From sequence record DRR378314_2487: a DNA stretch of 46,895 nucleotides; one strand, written 5' to 3'. The notes under the pieces were generated by a model. It worked only from the letters and a program-made list of their open reading frames with translations, did no database searches and was not told the DNA's origin. This document shows positions 31,317 through 40,609 of this stretch, piece after piece. Made by a program: the position numbers and the translations under genes. Position 1 is the first letter of the stretch. Each line of letters begins with the position of its first letter.

Positions 31317-31871
31317 ATGAAATTGATTTTATTAATAGGTTGTTTATTTTTATCAGCGTGTAATACCACACAGGGCGTATCGGTTTACTCATTTACTGAC
31401 ACAGAAATCGAAACGGTATTAAAGCAGCAACTACCCAAACTAAGTGATCAAATAAAACTCGTAGGTTTACCTGTGCAATTTGATGTCAATGATATTAGCG
31501 TTGACGTTGGTCCAAACAACCGTGATGTAATTGTTCTTGGTGCGGACTCAAGCGCTGTTATTAATGCATTTGCACTAAAATACCCTGTGCGCCTGAAGTT
31601 ACAAATTGAAGGAGCTCCTTATTATGACAGTGAGAAGAAAGCGGTATTTTTGCAACGTGTAAAACTTTTAAACTCCACAATTGATGCAGGTGGCTTTAAA
31701 GGTAACTTAGGTGTGCTAGATGATGAAGCGATGAAAATTATTAATGGCTTTTTAGCGGTCAACCCTGTTTATACGCTTAATATGAATGACCCAAAAGTCG
31801 CTTTGTTAAGTAAGCTACCGTTAGATATGAAAGTAGCGCAAGGTGCGATAAAACTGGTACCCAGTATTTAG
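31317..31871 (+). CDS. DUF1439 (YceB-like) lipoprotein
   Basis: Lipobox LSAC; PYYDSEKKAVFL; NPVYTL. Confidence 0.8.
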   Translation: MKLILLIGCLFLSACNTTQGVSVYSFTDTEIETVLKQQLPKLSDQIKLVGLPVQFDVNDISVDVGPNNRDVIVLGADSSAVINAFALKYPVRLKLQIEGAPYYDSEKKAVFLQRVKLLNSTIDAGGFKGNLGVLDDEAMKIINGFLAVNPVYTLNMNDPKVALLSKLPLDMKVAQGAIKLVPSI

Positions 31872-31884
31872 TCTATGAGCAAAT

Positions 31885-31913
31885 AAAAAGCCCTGATAAA
31901 ATCAGGGCTTTTT
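31885..31913. terminator. Bidirectional terminator
   Basis: AAAAAGCCCTGAT-aaa-ATCAGGGCTTTTT. Confidence 0.88.
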
Positions 31914-31933
31914 GTCAGGGGAATGTTTAGAAG

Positions 31934-33559
31934 CTAGTTTACGTCAGCATAAAAACAGCCAAAACCGGGCAGGGTTAAGCGCTTGTCGGTTACAGTTGCA
32001 TTATGATGGCTAAGCTGTTCATGTGAGTTTATTATCGTGTTGCTCAGCGTTAATGTTTCAGTGCTGGCTGCTAAGTTAAATACGCACAGCATTGTTTTAC
32101 CTTCCAATCGACGATAGAACGCTAGCACTGGTTCAGGTGTATCAATAAACTCAATATCACCTTCTAGCAACACAACCTGCGTTTTACGCCACGCCATAAA
32201 CTCACGAAATGCGTTCAAAATAGAATCTGCATTTGTATCTTGCTCATTAACCGCTTGGCGTTTATGGTTTGCATCGACAGGTAACCAAGGTTTTGTCGTT
32301 GAAAAACCAGCTTGCTCACAGTTGTCGTTATGCCAAGGCATCGGTGTACGACAGCCATCACGGCCTTTAAAGTTTGGCCAAAAGGTAATGCCGTATGGGT
32401 CTTGTAAGTCTTCAAACGCAACATTGGCTTCGCCAAGGCCTAACTCTTCACCTTGGTACATGCAGACACTACCACGCAACGATGCAAGTAGGGCGCTCAA
32501 CATTTTACATTGTGAGGGGTTGATGCTGTTGTCGCTGCTCCAGCGACTTGCTACACGCTCAACATCATGATTACTGAACGCCCAGCATGGCCAGCCTTCA
32601 GTCATGCGTTCTTCAAGTGTTTTAACTGTTGTGCGAATGTACTCGCTGCTGTAGTCATTAGTCAGTAGTTCAAAACTGTAACCCATGTGCAGCTTATCGC
32701 CGCCAGCTGTGTATTGAGCCATAGTGGCGAGTGAGTCTTCAGAAGATATTTCACCTAACGACACAGTACCAGGGTATTTGTTAAGTAAGGCACGAATATC
32801 CTGCATAAAGCTAATATTTTCAGGCTGGGTGTTGTTGTAGTCATGATATTGAAATGCGTACGGATTATCCTCACTAAAACCACGACCTTGGCGTTTTTCA
32901 GGTGGTTTAGCTGGGTTATCACGAAGCTGCGCATCGTGATAGCAAAAGTTAATGGCATCTAAACGAAAACCATCAACACCTTTTTTAAGCCAAAACTCAA
33001 CGTTATCCAGTACTGCTTTGCGTACATCTGGATTATGGAAATTTAAGTCAGGTTGCTCTGTTAAAAAGTTATGTAAATAGTATTGCCCGCGACGAGGCTC
33101 CCACTGCCAAGCAGGTCCACCAAAAATGCTTAACCAATTATTTGGTTGAGTACCGTCTGGCTTTGAATCGGCCCATACGTACCAATCAGATTTGTCATTG
33201 TTTTTATCTTCACGGCTGTCTAAAAACCATTGATGTTGATCTGACGTGTGGCTTAATACTTGGTCAATAATGATTTTGATATCACGCTGGTGGGCTTGAG
33301 CAATTAACTCATCAAAGTCATTTAAATCACCAAACAAAGGGTCAATGTCACGATAATCACTTATATCATAGCCAAAATCTTTCATTGGGGATTTAAAGAA
33401 TGGTGAGATCCAAATAGCATCAACACCTAAACTTTTAATGTAGTCAATTCGAGAGATGATCCCTTTTAAATCACCAATTCCATCGCCATTGGTATCTTGA
33501 AAACTGCGCGGGTAGACTTGATAAATAACTGCGCCTTTATACCATTGCTGCTGAGCCAT
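31934..33559 (-). CDS. Alpha-glucosidase, GH13
   Basis: YQVYPRSF, QPDLN, GFRLDAIN, GEI, SNHD, YQGEELG, RDGCRTPM; GGAG RBS before ATG 33559. Confidence 0.95.
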   Translation of the reverse strand: MAQQQWYKGAVIYQVYPRSFQDTNGDGIGDLKGIISRIDYIKSLGVDAIWISPFFKSPMKDFGYDISDYRDIDPLFGDLNDFDELIAQAHQRDIKIIIDQVLSHTSDQHQWFLDSREDKNNDKSDWYVWADSKPDGTQPNNWLSIFGGPAWQWEPRRGQYYLHNFLTEQPDLNFHNPDVRKAVLDNVEFWLKKGVDGFRLDAINFCYHDAQLRDNPAKPPEKRQGRGFSEDNPYAFQYHDYNNTQPENISFMQDIRALLNKYPGTVSLGEISSEDSLATMAQYTAGGDKLHMGYSFELLTNDYSSEYIRTTVKTLEERMTEGWPCWAFSNHDVERVASRWSSDNSINPSQCKMLSALLASLRGSVCMYQGEELGLGEANVAFEDLQDPYGITFWPNFKGRDGCRTPMPWHNDNCEQAGFSTTKPWLPVDANHKRQAVNEQDTNADSILNAFREFMAWRKTQVVLLEGDIEFIDTPEPVLAFYRRLEGKTMLCVFNLAASTETLTLSNTIINSHEQLSHHNATVTDKRLTLPGFGCFYADVN

Positions 33560-33690
33560 GCTTTTCTCCATCGTGACAATGCTGCTTCACCACATTTGTT
33601 GTAGTGATTACGTCAATCTTATATGTGGCTACTACTTCGCCACGTTATTTTTAAAAAGCATACGTGAAGGTCACAAGAGTGTAAAAAGAC

Positions 33691-33704
33691 TGCATACGTA
33701 TGCA
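33691..33704. promoter_or_regulatory. LacI-family operator (maltose regulator type), copy 1
   Basis: Perfect palindrome TGCATACGTATGCA with central CG. Confidence 0.75.
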
Positions 33705-34112
33705 TGGTAAATAGATTCAAAGTGTGCAAGTAAGCGCACTTAAATTTCATAATTAAAAGAGACATATTAATGTTTTGTGAAAACTTACCAATTTGTTAAA
33801 TAAAACTATTAACAATAGGGCGTTTCCAACTTGGTGCGATTTTAAAAGGGTTTGCTAGTTGTTGGTGCAAAAAGAAATGGTCTTACCAATTAGCTGTGGT
33901 TAAAATGTTCGGGCTGCGTAAGTCGACTAATAAGCGACTTTGTTGGAAATGAATGCCTTAGGTGTTCATCTAGCAGGCACAAGGGATTCAGAACGAGGAA
34001 ATTAGTTTTTATTTAGGCTGCACCATTATATTTATTTTTTATCCCTATAAAAACAATGTGTTGACTTAATTTTTGTGAAGTTTTTGTTAAAAGAAGTGGT
34101 TTTGCACTAACC

Positions 34113-34126
34113 TGAATACGTATGCA
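34113..34126. promoter_or_regulatory. LacI-family operator, copy 2
   Basis: TGAATACGTATGCA upstream of the TBDR. Confidence 0.75.
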
Positions 34127-34257
34127 TAAAGTTGTTAATAAAATAAGGCGAGCGTTAATATTCATCCTGACAACAAAATCAGCCAATGAGTCGCTCGCTT
34201 CTATCACAAGCAGTGAATAACGTTGGTAATACAAAATATGGGTAACGGGAAAACATC

Positions 34258-37044
34258 ATGTCTATGTTCAAACCAAGTATATTAACAATTGCACTTGCAA
34301 CAGCAGGTATTAGCAGTTTCGCTTCATACGCACAAGAAGAGCAATCAACAGCAAATAATGATGTCGAAGTCATCGAAATTAAAGGTTTTCGTGGCAGTGT
34401 TGTAGAGTCAATCAATACAAAGCGTTTTTCATCAGAAGTGGTTGAATCTATCTCTGCTGAAGATATCGGTAAATTACCAGATTCGTCGATTGCAGAATCA
34501 ATTGCTCGCTTACCGGGTTTAACGGCGCAGCGCCTTGATGGTCGTGCTAGCCGTGTTAGTGTGCGTGGTTTCAGCGAAAACGAAAGTGCAACAACCTTTA
34601 ATGGTCGTGAGCAAGTGTCGATTGGTGATAACCGTGGCGTTGAGTTTGACCTTTACCCATCAGAAATAATGAGCGGTGTAACCGTATATAAAACACCAAG
34701 CGCGAGCATTGAGGCAGAAGGTATTGCTGGTGTAATCGACATGCAAACCGTAAAACCTTTAAGCAAAGGTGAGCGAGTCATCATGTTTAATGGCCAATTA
34801 GAGCAAACAGGCTTTGATAAGCTAAACCCAGACGGCGATGATCAAGGTTATCGTGGCACGGTTTCATACATTGACCAGTTTGCAGATGATACGTTCGGTG
34901 TTGCATTTGCTTATAACAAAATGAGTTCACCTAACCAAGAAAAACGTTGGAACTCATGGGGCTACCCTGATTTTACTGGCGATGATGGTCAATCATATTC
35001 TATCCTCGGTGGTGCAAAACCGTATGTACGTTCTTCAACGCTTGAACGTGATTCAGCCATGTTAGTACTTGAAGCTGCACCAACAGATCGCTTAAACATG
35101 ACGTTTGACGCGTTATACATTGATTTCTCAGATGAACAAATCCTACGTGGTATTGAAGTTCCATTCGCATGGGGCCAAGGTTCAATTGACCCAGCTTCAA
35201 CAACCGTTGACGCAGAAACAGGTTTTATCACAAGTGCATTAACGCAAGGACAACGAGTTGTTGTTCGTAACGATCACCAAGAAAGAAAAGCAGATTTAAC
35301 GCAATTTGGTTTTAATGTTAAATATGACTTAAACGATGACTGGAGCACTGAGTTTGATATAAGCCGCTCAGAAGTAGAGCGTCAGTTGTGGAGTATTGAA
35401 AGTTATTCAGGCACAGGTCGCGGTGATGCTAATGGTGTAGCTGACAACATTGGTTATGCGTTTGACGGCGGAAACACAGGTGCACAGTTTTCACATGAAT
35501 TAGATTACAGTGACTATAGCTTAATGCAATTAGGTGGACCATTATCATGGGGTGCAAGTGCCGCACTTAATGACAAGTATGGTTTAACTGACACGCCATA
35601 CCAGAATACAGCACAAGATGGCTTTATTAACGCGCCAAAAATCAATGATGAGCTGACAACCCTTAAGCTTGCTGCCAGTAAGATGCTTGATAACGCATAT
35701 GTAAGCACCATTAAATTTGGTATGTCATACCGTGATCGTGAAAAGTCAAAACTGTCTGAAGGTTATTTCTTAACATTAAAAGACTTTTCATTGTCAAACC
35801 CTGGCATGATGTCAGTGCCTGAGCAATACCGTTTAGGTTCAGCCAGTCTTGATTTTATCGGCATGGGCGACATGATTGCTTATGACACAAGAGGGCTTGT
35901 GAATGACGGTTACTATGACCTATTGCAAGAGAGCCTAACAGACCAAAAACACAAAACGCAATCGTGGACAGTGCAAGAAAAGGTAACAGCATTCTTCGCG
36001 CAAGCTGATATCAATGCTGAACTTGGTTCAATCCCTGTAACAGGTAACATTGGTGTGCGCTATGTTAAGACTGAACAGTCTTCACAAGGCTCAGCAGCAA
36101 ACACGGTAGACGGTTTAGTGGTAGTATCACCTACAGATGTTAGCCATGATTACAGCCATATTTTACCGAGCCTTAACTTATCTTTCGCAATTGATGAAGA
36201 GCAAACGGTGCGTTTTGGTGCAGCAAAAACTATTTCTCGTGCGCTATTAAATGACATGAATTCGTCGATTAATGCATCTTACTCGCAACAGCCAGATGAT
36301 AACGGTAATTTCTGGAATATTTCAGGCGGTAACCCTAAGCTTGAACCAAAAGAAGCCACAGGTTTCGATGTAAGTTATGAAAACTACTTTAATGCCGAAG
36401 GTTATTTCTCTGCTGCAGTTTTCTATAAAGACATCACACAATGGATATTTGACGGTAACTACGAAGTTGACATGTCAGGTGTTGCAAACCCAGCAACCGG
36501 CGAAATACCAGCAAGCTCTACAGGTTCAGGTTCTGGTAAAGTCAATGGCGGCGGCGGTGACCTGTGGGGTTACGAGCTTTCACTGGCGTTACCATTTTAC
36601 ATGTTTCACTCGTCGCTTGATGGCTTTGGTTTAATTGCGAGTCACACTGGTATTGAACAAGATGTTGAAAACCAAAACGGTCAACCATACGAGCTTGTTG
36701 GTTTATCTGACCAAATTGATAGCCTGACAGTGTACTTTGAGCGTAACGGCTTCCAAGCACGTACCAGCATGCGTAAACGTAGTGACTTTAAAGGTAACGT
36801 GAATGGTTTAGGTCTTGCCGCTACTCAGGTTGATATTGAAGGCGAAACAATTTGGGATGCACAAATTGGCTATGACTTTGGTGAAGCTGGTGTCGAAAGC
36901 CTAGAAGGCTTAAATGTGACATTCCAAGTACAAAATATCACAGAAGAACCGTTCACCACACTACAAGGTGACAATGCACTGCAAGTACGTGATTACCAAG
37001 ACTACGGTCGTACATTCTTGTTAGGCTTTAGTTACAAGCTATAA
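34258..37044 (+). CDS. TonB-dependent receptor, probable maltose/maltodextrin uptake
   Basis: Signal peptide, VEVIEIKG TonB box, EDIGKLPDSSIAESIARLPG plug, GNPKLEP, C-terminal GRTFLLGFSYKL; flanked by GH13/GH15 genes. Confidence 0.93.
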   Translation: MSMFKPSILTIALATAGISSFASYAQEEQSTANNDVEVIEIKGFRGSVVESINTKRFSSEVVESISAEDIGKLPDSSIAESIARLPGLTAQRLDGRASRVSVRGFSENESATTFNGREQVSIGDNRGVEFDLYPSEIMSGVTVYKTPSASIEAEGIAGVIDMQTVKPLSKGERVIMFNGQLEQTGFDKLNPDGDDQGYRGTVSYIDQFADDTFGVAFAYNKMSSPNQEKRWNSWGYPDFTGDDGQSYSILGGAKPYVRSSTLERDSAMLVLEAAPTDRLNMTFDALYIDFSDEQILRGIEVPFAWGQGSIDPASTTVDAETGFITSALTQGQRVVVRNDHQERKADLTQFGFNVKYDLNDDWSTEFDISRSEVERQLWSIESYSGTGRGDANGVADNIGYAFDGGNTGAQFSHELDYSDYSLMQLGGPLSWGASAALNDKYGLTDTPYQNTAQDGFINAPKINDELTTLKLAASKMLDNAYVSTIKFGMSYRDREKSKLSEGYFLTLKDFSLSNPGMMSVPEQYRLGSASLDFIGMGDMIAYDTRGLVNDGYYDLLQESLTDQKHKTQSWTVQEKVTAFFAQADINAELGSIPVTGNIGVRYVKTEQSSQGSAANTVDGLVVVSPTDVSHDYSHILPSLNLSFAIDEEQTVRFGAAKTISRALLNDMNSSINASYSQQPDDNGNFWNISGGNPKLEPKEATGFDVSYENYFNAEGYFSAAVFYKDITQWIFDGNYEVDMSGVANPATGEIPASSTGSGSGKVNGGGGDLWGYELSLALPFYMFHSSLDGFGLIASHTGIEQDVENQNGQPYELVGLSDQIDSLTVYFERNGFQARTSMRKRSDFKGNVNGLGLAATQVDIEGETIWDAQIGYDFGEAGVESLEGLNVTFQVQNITEEPFTTLQGDNALQVRDYQDYGRTFLLGFSYKL

Positions 37045-37059
37045 TAATCTTTAGCGTTG

Positions 37060-37095
37060 AAAAGCCCTTGTGAATTGTTTTACAAGGGCTTTTTT
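37060..37095 (+). terminator. Intrinsic terminator after the TBDR
   Basis: AAAAGCCCTTGTGA...TTACAAGGGCTTTTTT. Confidence 0.8.
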
Positions 37096-37136
37096 ATATC
37101 GACTACACTTAAGCAAAAACAAGTGGAGCAGGGGCT

Positions 37137-38636
37137 ATGAAAAATAAACAAATAAAAGACGTGGTAATAGCGGGTGGTGGTACTGCTGGGTGGATCACCG
37201 CAGCGCTACTTAATAAAGTGCTCGGCAAAGTTGTTAACATTACCCTTGTTGAATCAGATCACATTGGCACCGTGGGCGTAGGCGAGGCGAGTATACCGCC
37301 CATTCTTCATTTAAATGCCGCGTTAGGTATTCGAGAAAACGAGTTTATTAAAGCAACTCAAGCGACCATTAAATTGGGGATCGAATTTGAAAACTGGCGT
37401 TCACAAAAGCACGCATACATGCATGCTTTTGGCGATATTGGCAAAGACTTTCCGTTTTGTGAATTTTATCATTTTTGGTTAAGAGCCAAACAGCAAGGCT
37501 CAGCCTCTGATTTTTGGGATTTCTCCCTTAACTACCAAGCTGCAAAACAGCATAAGTTTACTCATCTTCAACACATACCTAACACACAATTGACCGGTTT
37601 AAATTACGCCTATCATTTTGATGCCACACTGTATGGCGAGTATTTAAAATCGCTTTCCATATCACGGGGCGTTAACCGAATTGAAGGTAAAATAGCCCAA
37701 GTTGAGCAATGTCAAAACACAGGCTTTATTACGGCGCTTGCACTTGAAGGTGGCCAAACAGTTACCGGTGACTTATTTATCGATTGTACTGGGCTGAGCG
37801 CCTTATTGATTGAACAAACCCTTAATACTGGCTTTGAGGATTGGTCTCATTGGCTCCCTTGCGATAGTGCTATCGCGGTACAAACAAAAAGCGCAGCTGA
37901 GCCTGTGCCTTATACCCGTTCTATTGCGCACGATGCTGGTTGGCAGTGGCAAATACCACTACAGCACCGAGTTGGTAATGGCTTAGTGTTTTCAAGCCGC
38001 CACATTACTGATGAACAGGCAAAACAACAGTTATTAGAAAATCTTCCTGACGAGCCTATTACTGAGCCGAGAGTTATTCGATTTAAAACAGGGCGTCGTC
38101 GTAAACAGTGGCATAAAAATGTGGTGTCTGTGGGTTTATCAAGCGGGTTTTTAGAGCCGTTAGAATCAACCAGTATTCATTTAATCCAAACCGCGGCTAT
38201 TCGTTTAATTAAGCTTTTTCCACATAACGGAATTGATGACAGCTTAGTCGAGACATTTAACCAACAAAGCCAAACTGAAATTGAACGCATTCGTGATTTC
38301 ATTATTCTGCATTACAAATTAACCGAACGGACCGACAGTGCTTTTTGGCGTCAATGTAAGCAAATGAGTATTCCAGATTCACTGCAAAAGAAAATCGATT
38401 TATTTAAAGCGACTGGCAAAACTATACGTGAAGATGACGAGCTGTTTGCGCAAATCGCTTGGCAACAGGTGATGATAGGGCAAGGGCTTGAAGCAAACGA
38501 CTATTCTGCACTTGCAAGTGCATTAAGTGATGACCAACTCAGCGAGTTATTTAGCAGCTTAAAAACGTTAATTAACGGCACTGTTGAGCAACTTCCTAGT
38601 CACAGTGACTTTTTACTACGGATGAAAAATAATTAA
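37137..38636 (+). CDS. Tryptophan halogenase family flavin-dependent enzyme
   Basis: [43 protein letters not shown]. Confidence 0.92.
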   Translation: MKNKQIKDVVIAGGGTAGWITAALLNKVLGKVVNITLVESDHIGTVGVGEASIPPILHLNAALGIRENEFIKATQATIKLGIEFENWRSQKHAYMHAFGDIGKDFPFCEFYHFWLRAKQQGSASDFWDFSLNYQAAKQHKFTHLQHIPNTQLTGLNYAYHFDATLYGEYLKSLSISRGVNRIEGKIAQVEQCQNTGFITALALEGGQTVTGDLFIDCTGLSALLIEQTLNTGFEDWSHWLPCDSAIAVQTKSAAEPVPYTRSIAHDAGWQWQIPLQHRVGNGLVFSSRHITDEQAKQQLLENLPDEPITEPRVIRFKTGRRRKQWHKNVVSVGLSSGFLEPLESTSIHLIQTAAIRLIKLFPHNGIDDSLVETFNQQSQTEIERIRDFIILHYKLTERTDSAFWRQCKQMSIPDSLQKKIDLFKATGKTIREDDELFAQIAWQQVMIGQGLEANDYSALASALSDDQLSELFSSLKTLINGTVEQLPSHSDFLLRMKNN

Positions 38637-38637
38637 G

Positions 38638-40494
38638 ATGAAAAAGACTCTCCGCAAATTTATCGCAAGCACCTTTATAACAGCCTGCTTGGGCACAACT
38701 TTGAGCGCCAATGCGTTATCTATTTCGCCAGAAAACTGGTGGGTTGGCATGCAAAACAGCACATTACAAATTATGCTGCATGAAAATGAGGTTGCAAAAC
38801 AACACTGGCAACTCGTGCCATACCCGGGCGTTAAGTTAAAAGGCATTACCAAAACGGATAACGCAAATTATTTATTTATAGATCTTGATATTAGCCCAAG
38901 TGCCAAGCCGGGCAACTTACTTTTTAAGAATCAAGCGGGCGATCAATTTAAATACCCGCTATTAGCACGCAACAAGCAAAGCGCAGAACGTCAGGGGTTT
39001 GATAGCGGCGATACAGTCTACTTAATTAACCCAGATCGTTTTGCCAATGGCGATACGAGTAACGATACCGTCAAAGGTATGAAAGAAGCTGCCAAACCAG
39101 CAGAACGTGGCGGGCGCCACGGAGGTGACATTCAAGGTATTATTAACGCGCTACCCTACTTAGATGAGTTGGGTGTTACGCAATTATGGCTAACCCCGCC
39201 GCTTGAAAACGATATGCCCAGTTATTCATATCATGGCTACGCCATTACCGATTTTTACACTATAGATCCGCGCATGGGTTCGAATGAACTTTATAGGGAA
39301 TTATCATCTAATGCGAAGCAACATGGTATCGGTTTAGTGATGGACTTAGTGCTGAACCATTTTGGCTCAGAGCACGTGTGGATGACAGATAAACCAACGT
39401 CAGATTGGATTAACTTCAATGGCGAATTTGCAGACGGTAAAAATGCCACTAGTCATGCACGTCAAACGATCCAAGACCCACACGCAAGTGAGTTCGATAA
39501 GCGACAGTTTAATGATGGTTGGTTTGTATCAACCATGCCAGATTTAAATCAACGCCAGCCTTTATTAGCAACCTACCTTATTCAAAATGCGATTTGGTGG
39601 ATTGAATATGCTGACTTAAGTGGGATTAGGGTGGATACCTATTCCTATTCCGACAAGGCATTTTTAGCCGATTGGACTAAAGCAATCATGACCGAATACC
39701 CTGCCTTTAATATCGTAGGCGAGGAGTGGACATCCAATCCAGCCATTGCGTCTTATTGGCAAGCAGGCAAAGTGAATAATGATGGGTATACATCGAGTTT
39801 ACCCAGTGTGATGGACTTTGCATTGCAAGAGGCAGTTATTCAAGCGCTTAATGAACAAGAAAGCTGGAATACGGGCTGGGTGAAAGTGTACCAGTCACTG
39901 GCGAATGACTTTTTATACCCCAACCCTGATAACTTACTTGTGTTTGCGGATAACCATGATATGAGCCGCGTATACACAGAACTTGGGCAAGATATTGCTA
40001 AAACAAAAATGGCGATGACCTTGTTGTTAACGACTCGGGGGATTGCGCAAATGTATTACGGTACAGAAATACTGCTCGATAACACGGGTAGTAACGACCA
40101 TGGTGATATACGCATAGATTTTCCAGGAGGATTTGAAGGGCAAAAAGCGAACGCGTTCACGGGCAAAGGCTTAAACAGCGATCAAATTGAAATGCAGCAA
40201 ACTATCACCACATTGCTAAACTTTAGAAAAAATAGCCCCGCGTTAAGCAAAGGTAAACTCACTCATTTCAGCCCTAAAAATGGCGTATATAGTTATGCCA
40301 GAATAAGCGAGCAACAAACCGTACTCGTACTTTTAAACAAAAATACGCAGACCAAATCGTGGTCACTGGACTACATGAATGAAGTACTTGCAGGTAAAAA
40401 GCAAGCGCAGGCTCTTTTTACAAAGCAAGCAGTCAGGTTAAATAAGCCCATCTCACTCCCTGCAATGAGTGCTCTGGTATTGGTGATTGAATAG
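38638..40494 (+). CDS. GH13 cyclomaltodextrinase/neopullulanase (SusA-like), secreted
   Basis: Signal peptide, PENWWVGM, PDRFANGD, YHGYAITD, MPDLNQ, GIRVDT, GEEW, DNHD. Confidence 0.9.
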   Translation: MKKTLRKFIASTFITACLGTTLSANALSISPENWWVGMQNSTLQIMLHENEVAKQHWQLVPYPGVKLKGITKTDNANYLFIDLDISPSAKPGNLLFKNQAGDQFKYPLLARNKQSAERQGFDSGDTVYLINPDRFANGDTSNDTVKGMKEAAKPAERGGRHGGDIQGIINALPYLDELGVTQLWLTPPLENDMPSYSYHGYAITDFYTIDPRMGSNELYRELSSNAKQHGIGLVMDLVLNHFGSEHVWMTDKPTSDWINFNGEFADGKNATSHARQTIQDPHASEFDKRQFNDGWFVSTMPDLNQRQPLLATYLIQNAIWWIEYADLSGIRVDTYSYSDKAFLADWTKAIMTEYPAFNIVGEEWTSNPAIASYWQAGKVNNDGYTSSLPSVMDFALQEAVIQALNEQESWNTGWVKVYQSLANDFLYPNPDNLLVFADNHDMSRVYTELGQDIAKTKMAMTLLLTTRGIAQMYYGTEILLDNTGSNDHGDIRIDFPGGFEGQKANAFTGKGLNSDQIEMQQTITTLLNFRKNSPALSKGKLTHFSPKNGVYSYARISEQQTVLVLLNKNTQTKSWSLDYMNEVLAGKKQAQALFTKQAVRLNKPISLPAMSALVLVIE

Positions 40495-40496
40495 GG

Positions 40497-40510
40497 TGAA
40501 TACGTATGCA
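40497..40510. promoter_or_regulatory. LacI-family operator, copy 3
   Basis: TGAATACGTATGCA, identical to copy 2, upstream of the GH13 lipoprotein gene. Confidence 0.75.
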
Positions 40511-40609
40511 AATGCTGTCAGTCAGCGGCTGTTCACATTAGTATCATAGGTAAAATAAAATGACGGCTTAATGAACTCTTGTTAAGCCTTCTGATTAAAT
40601 AAGAAGATT

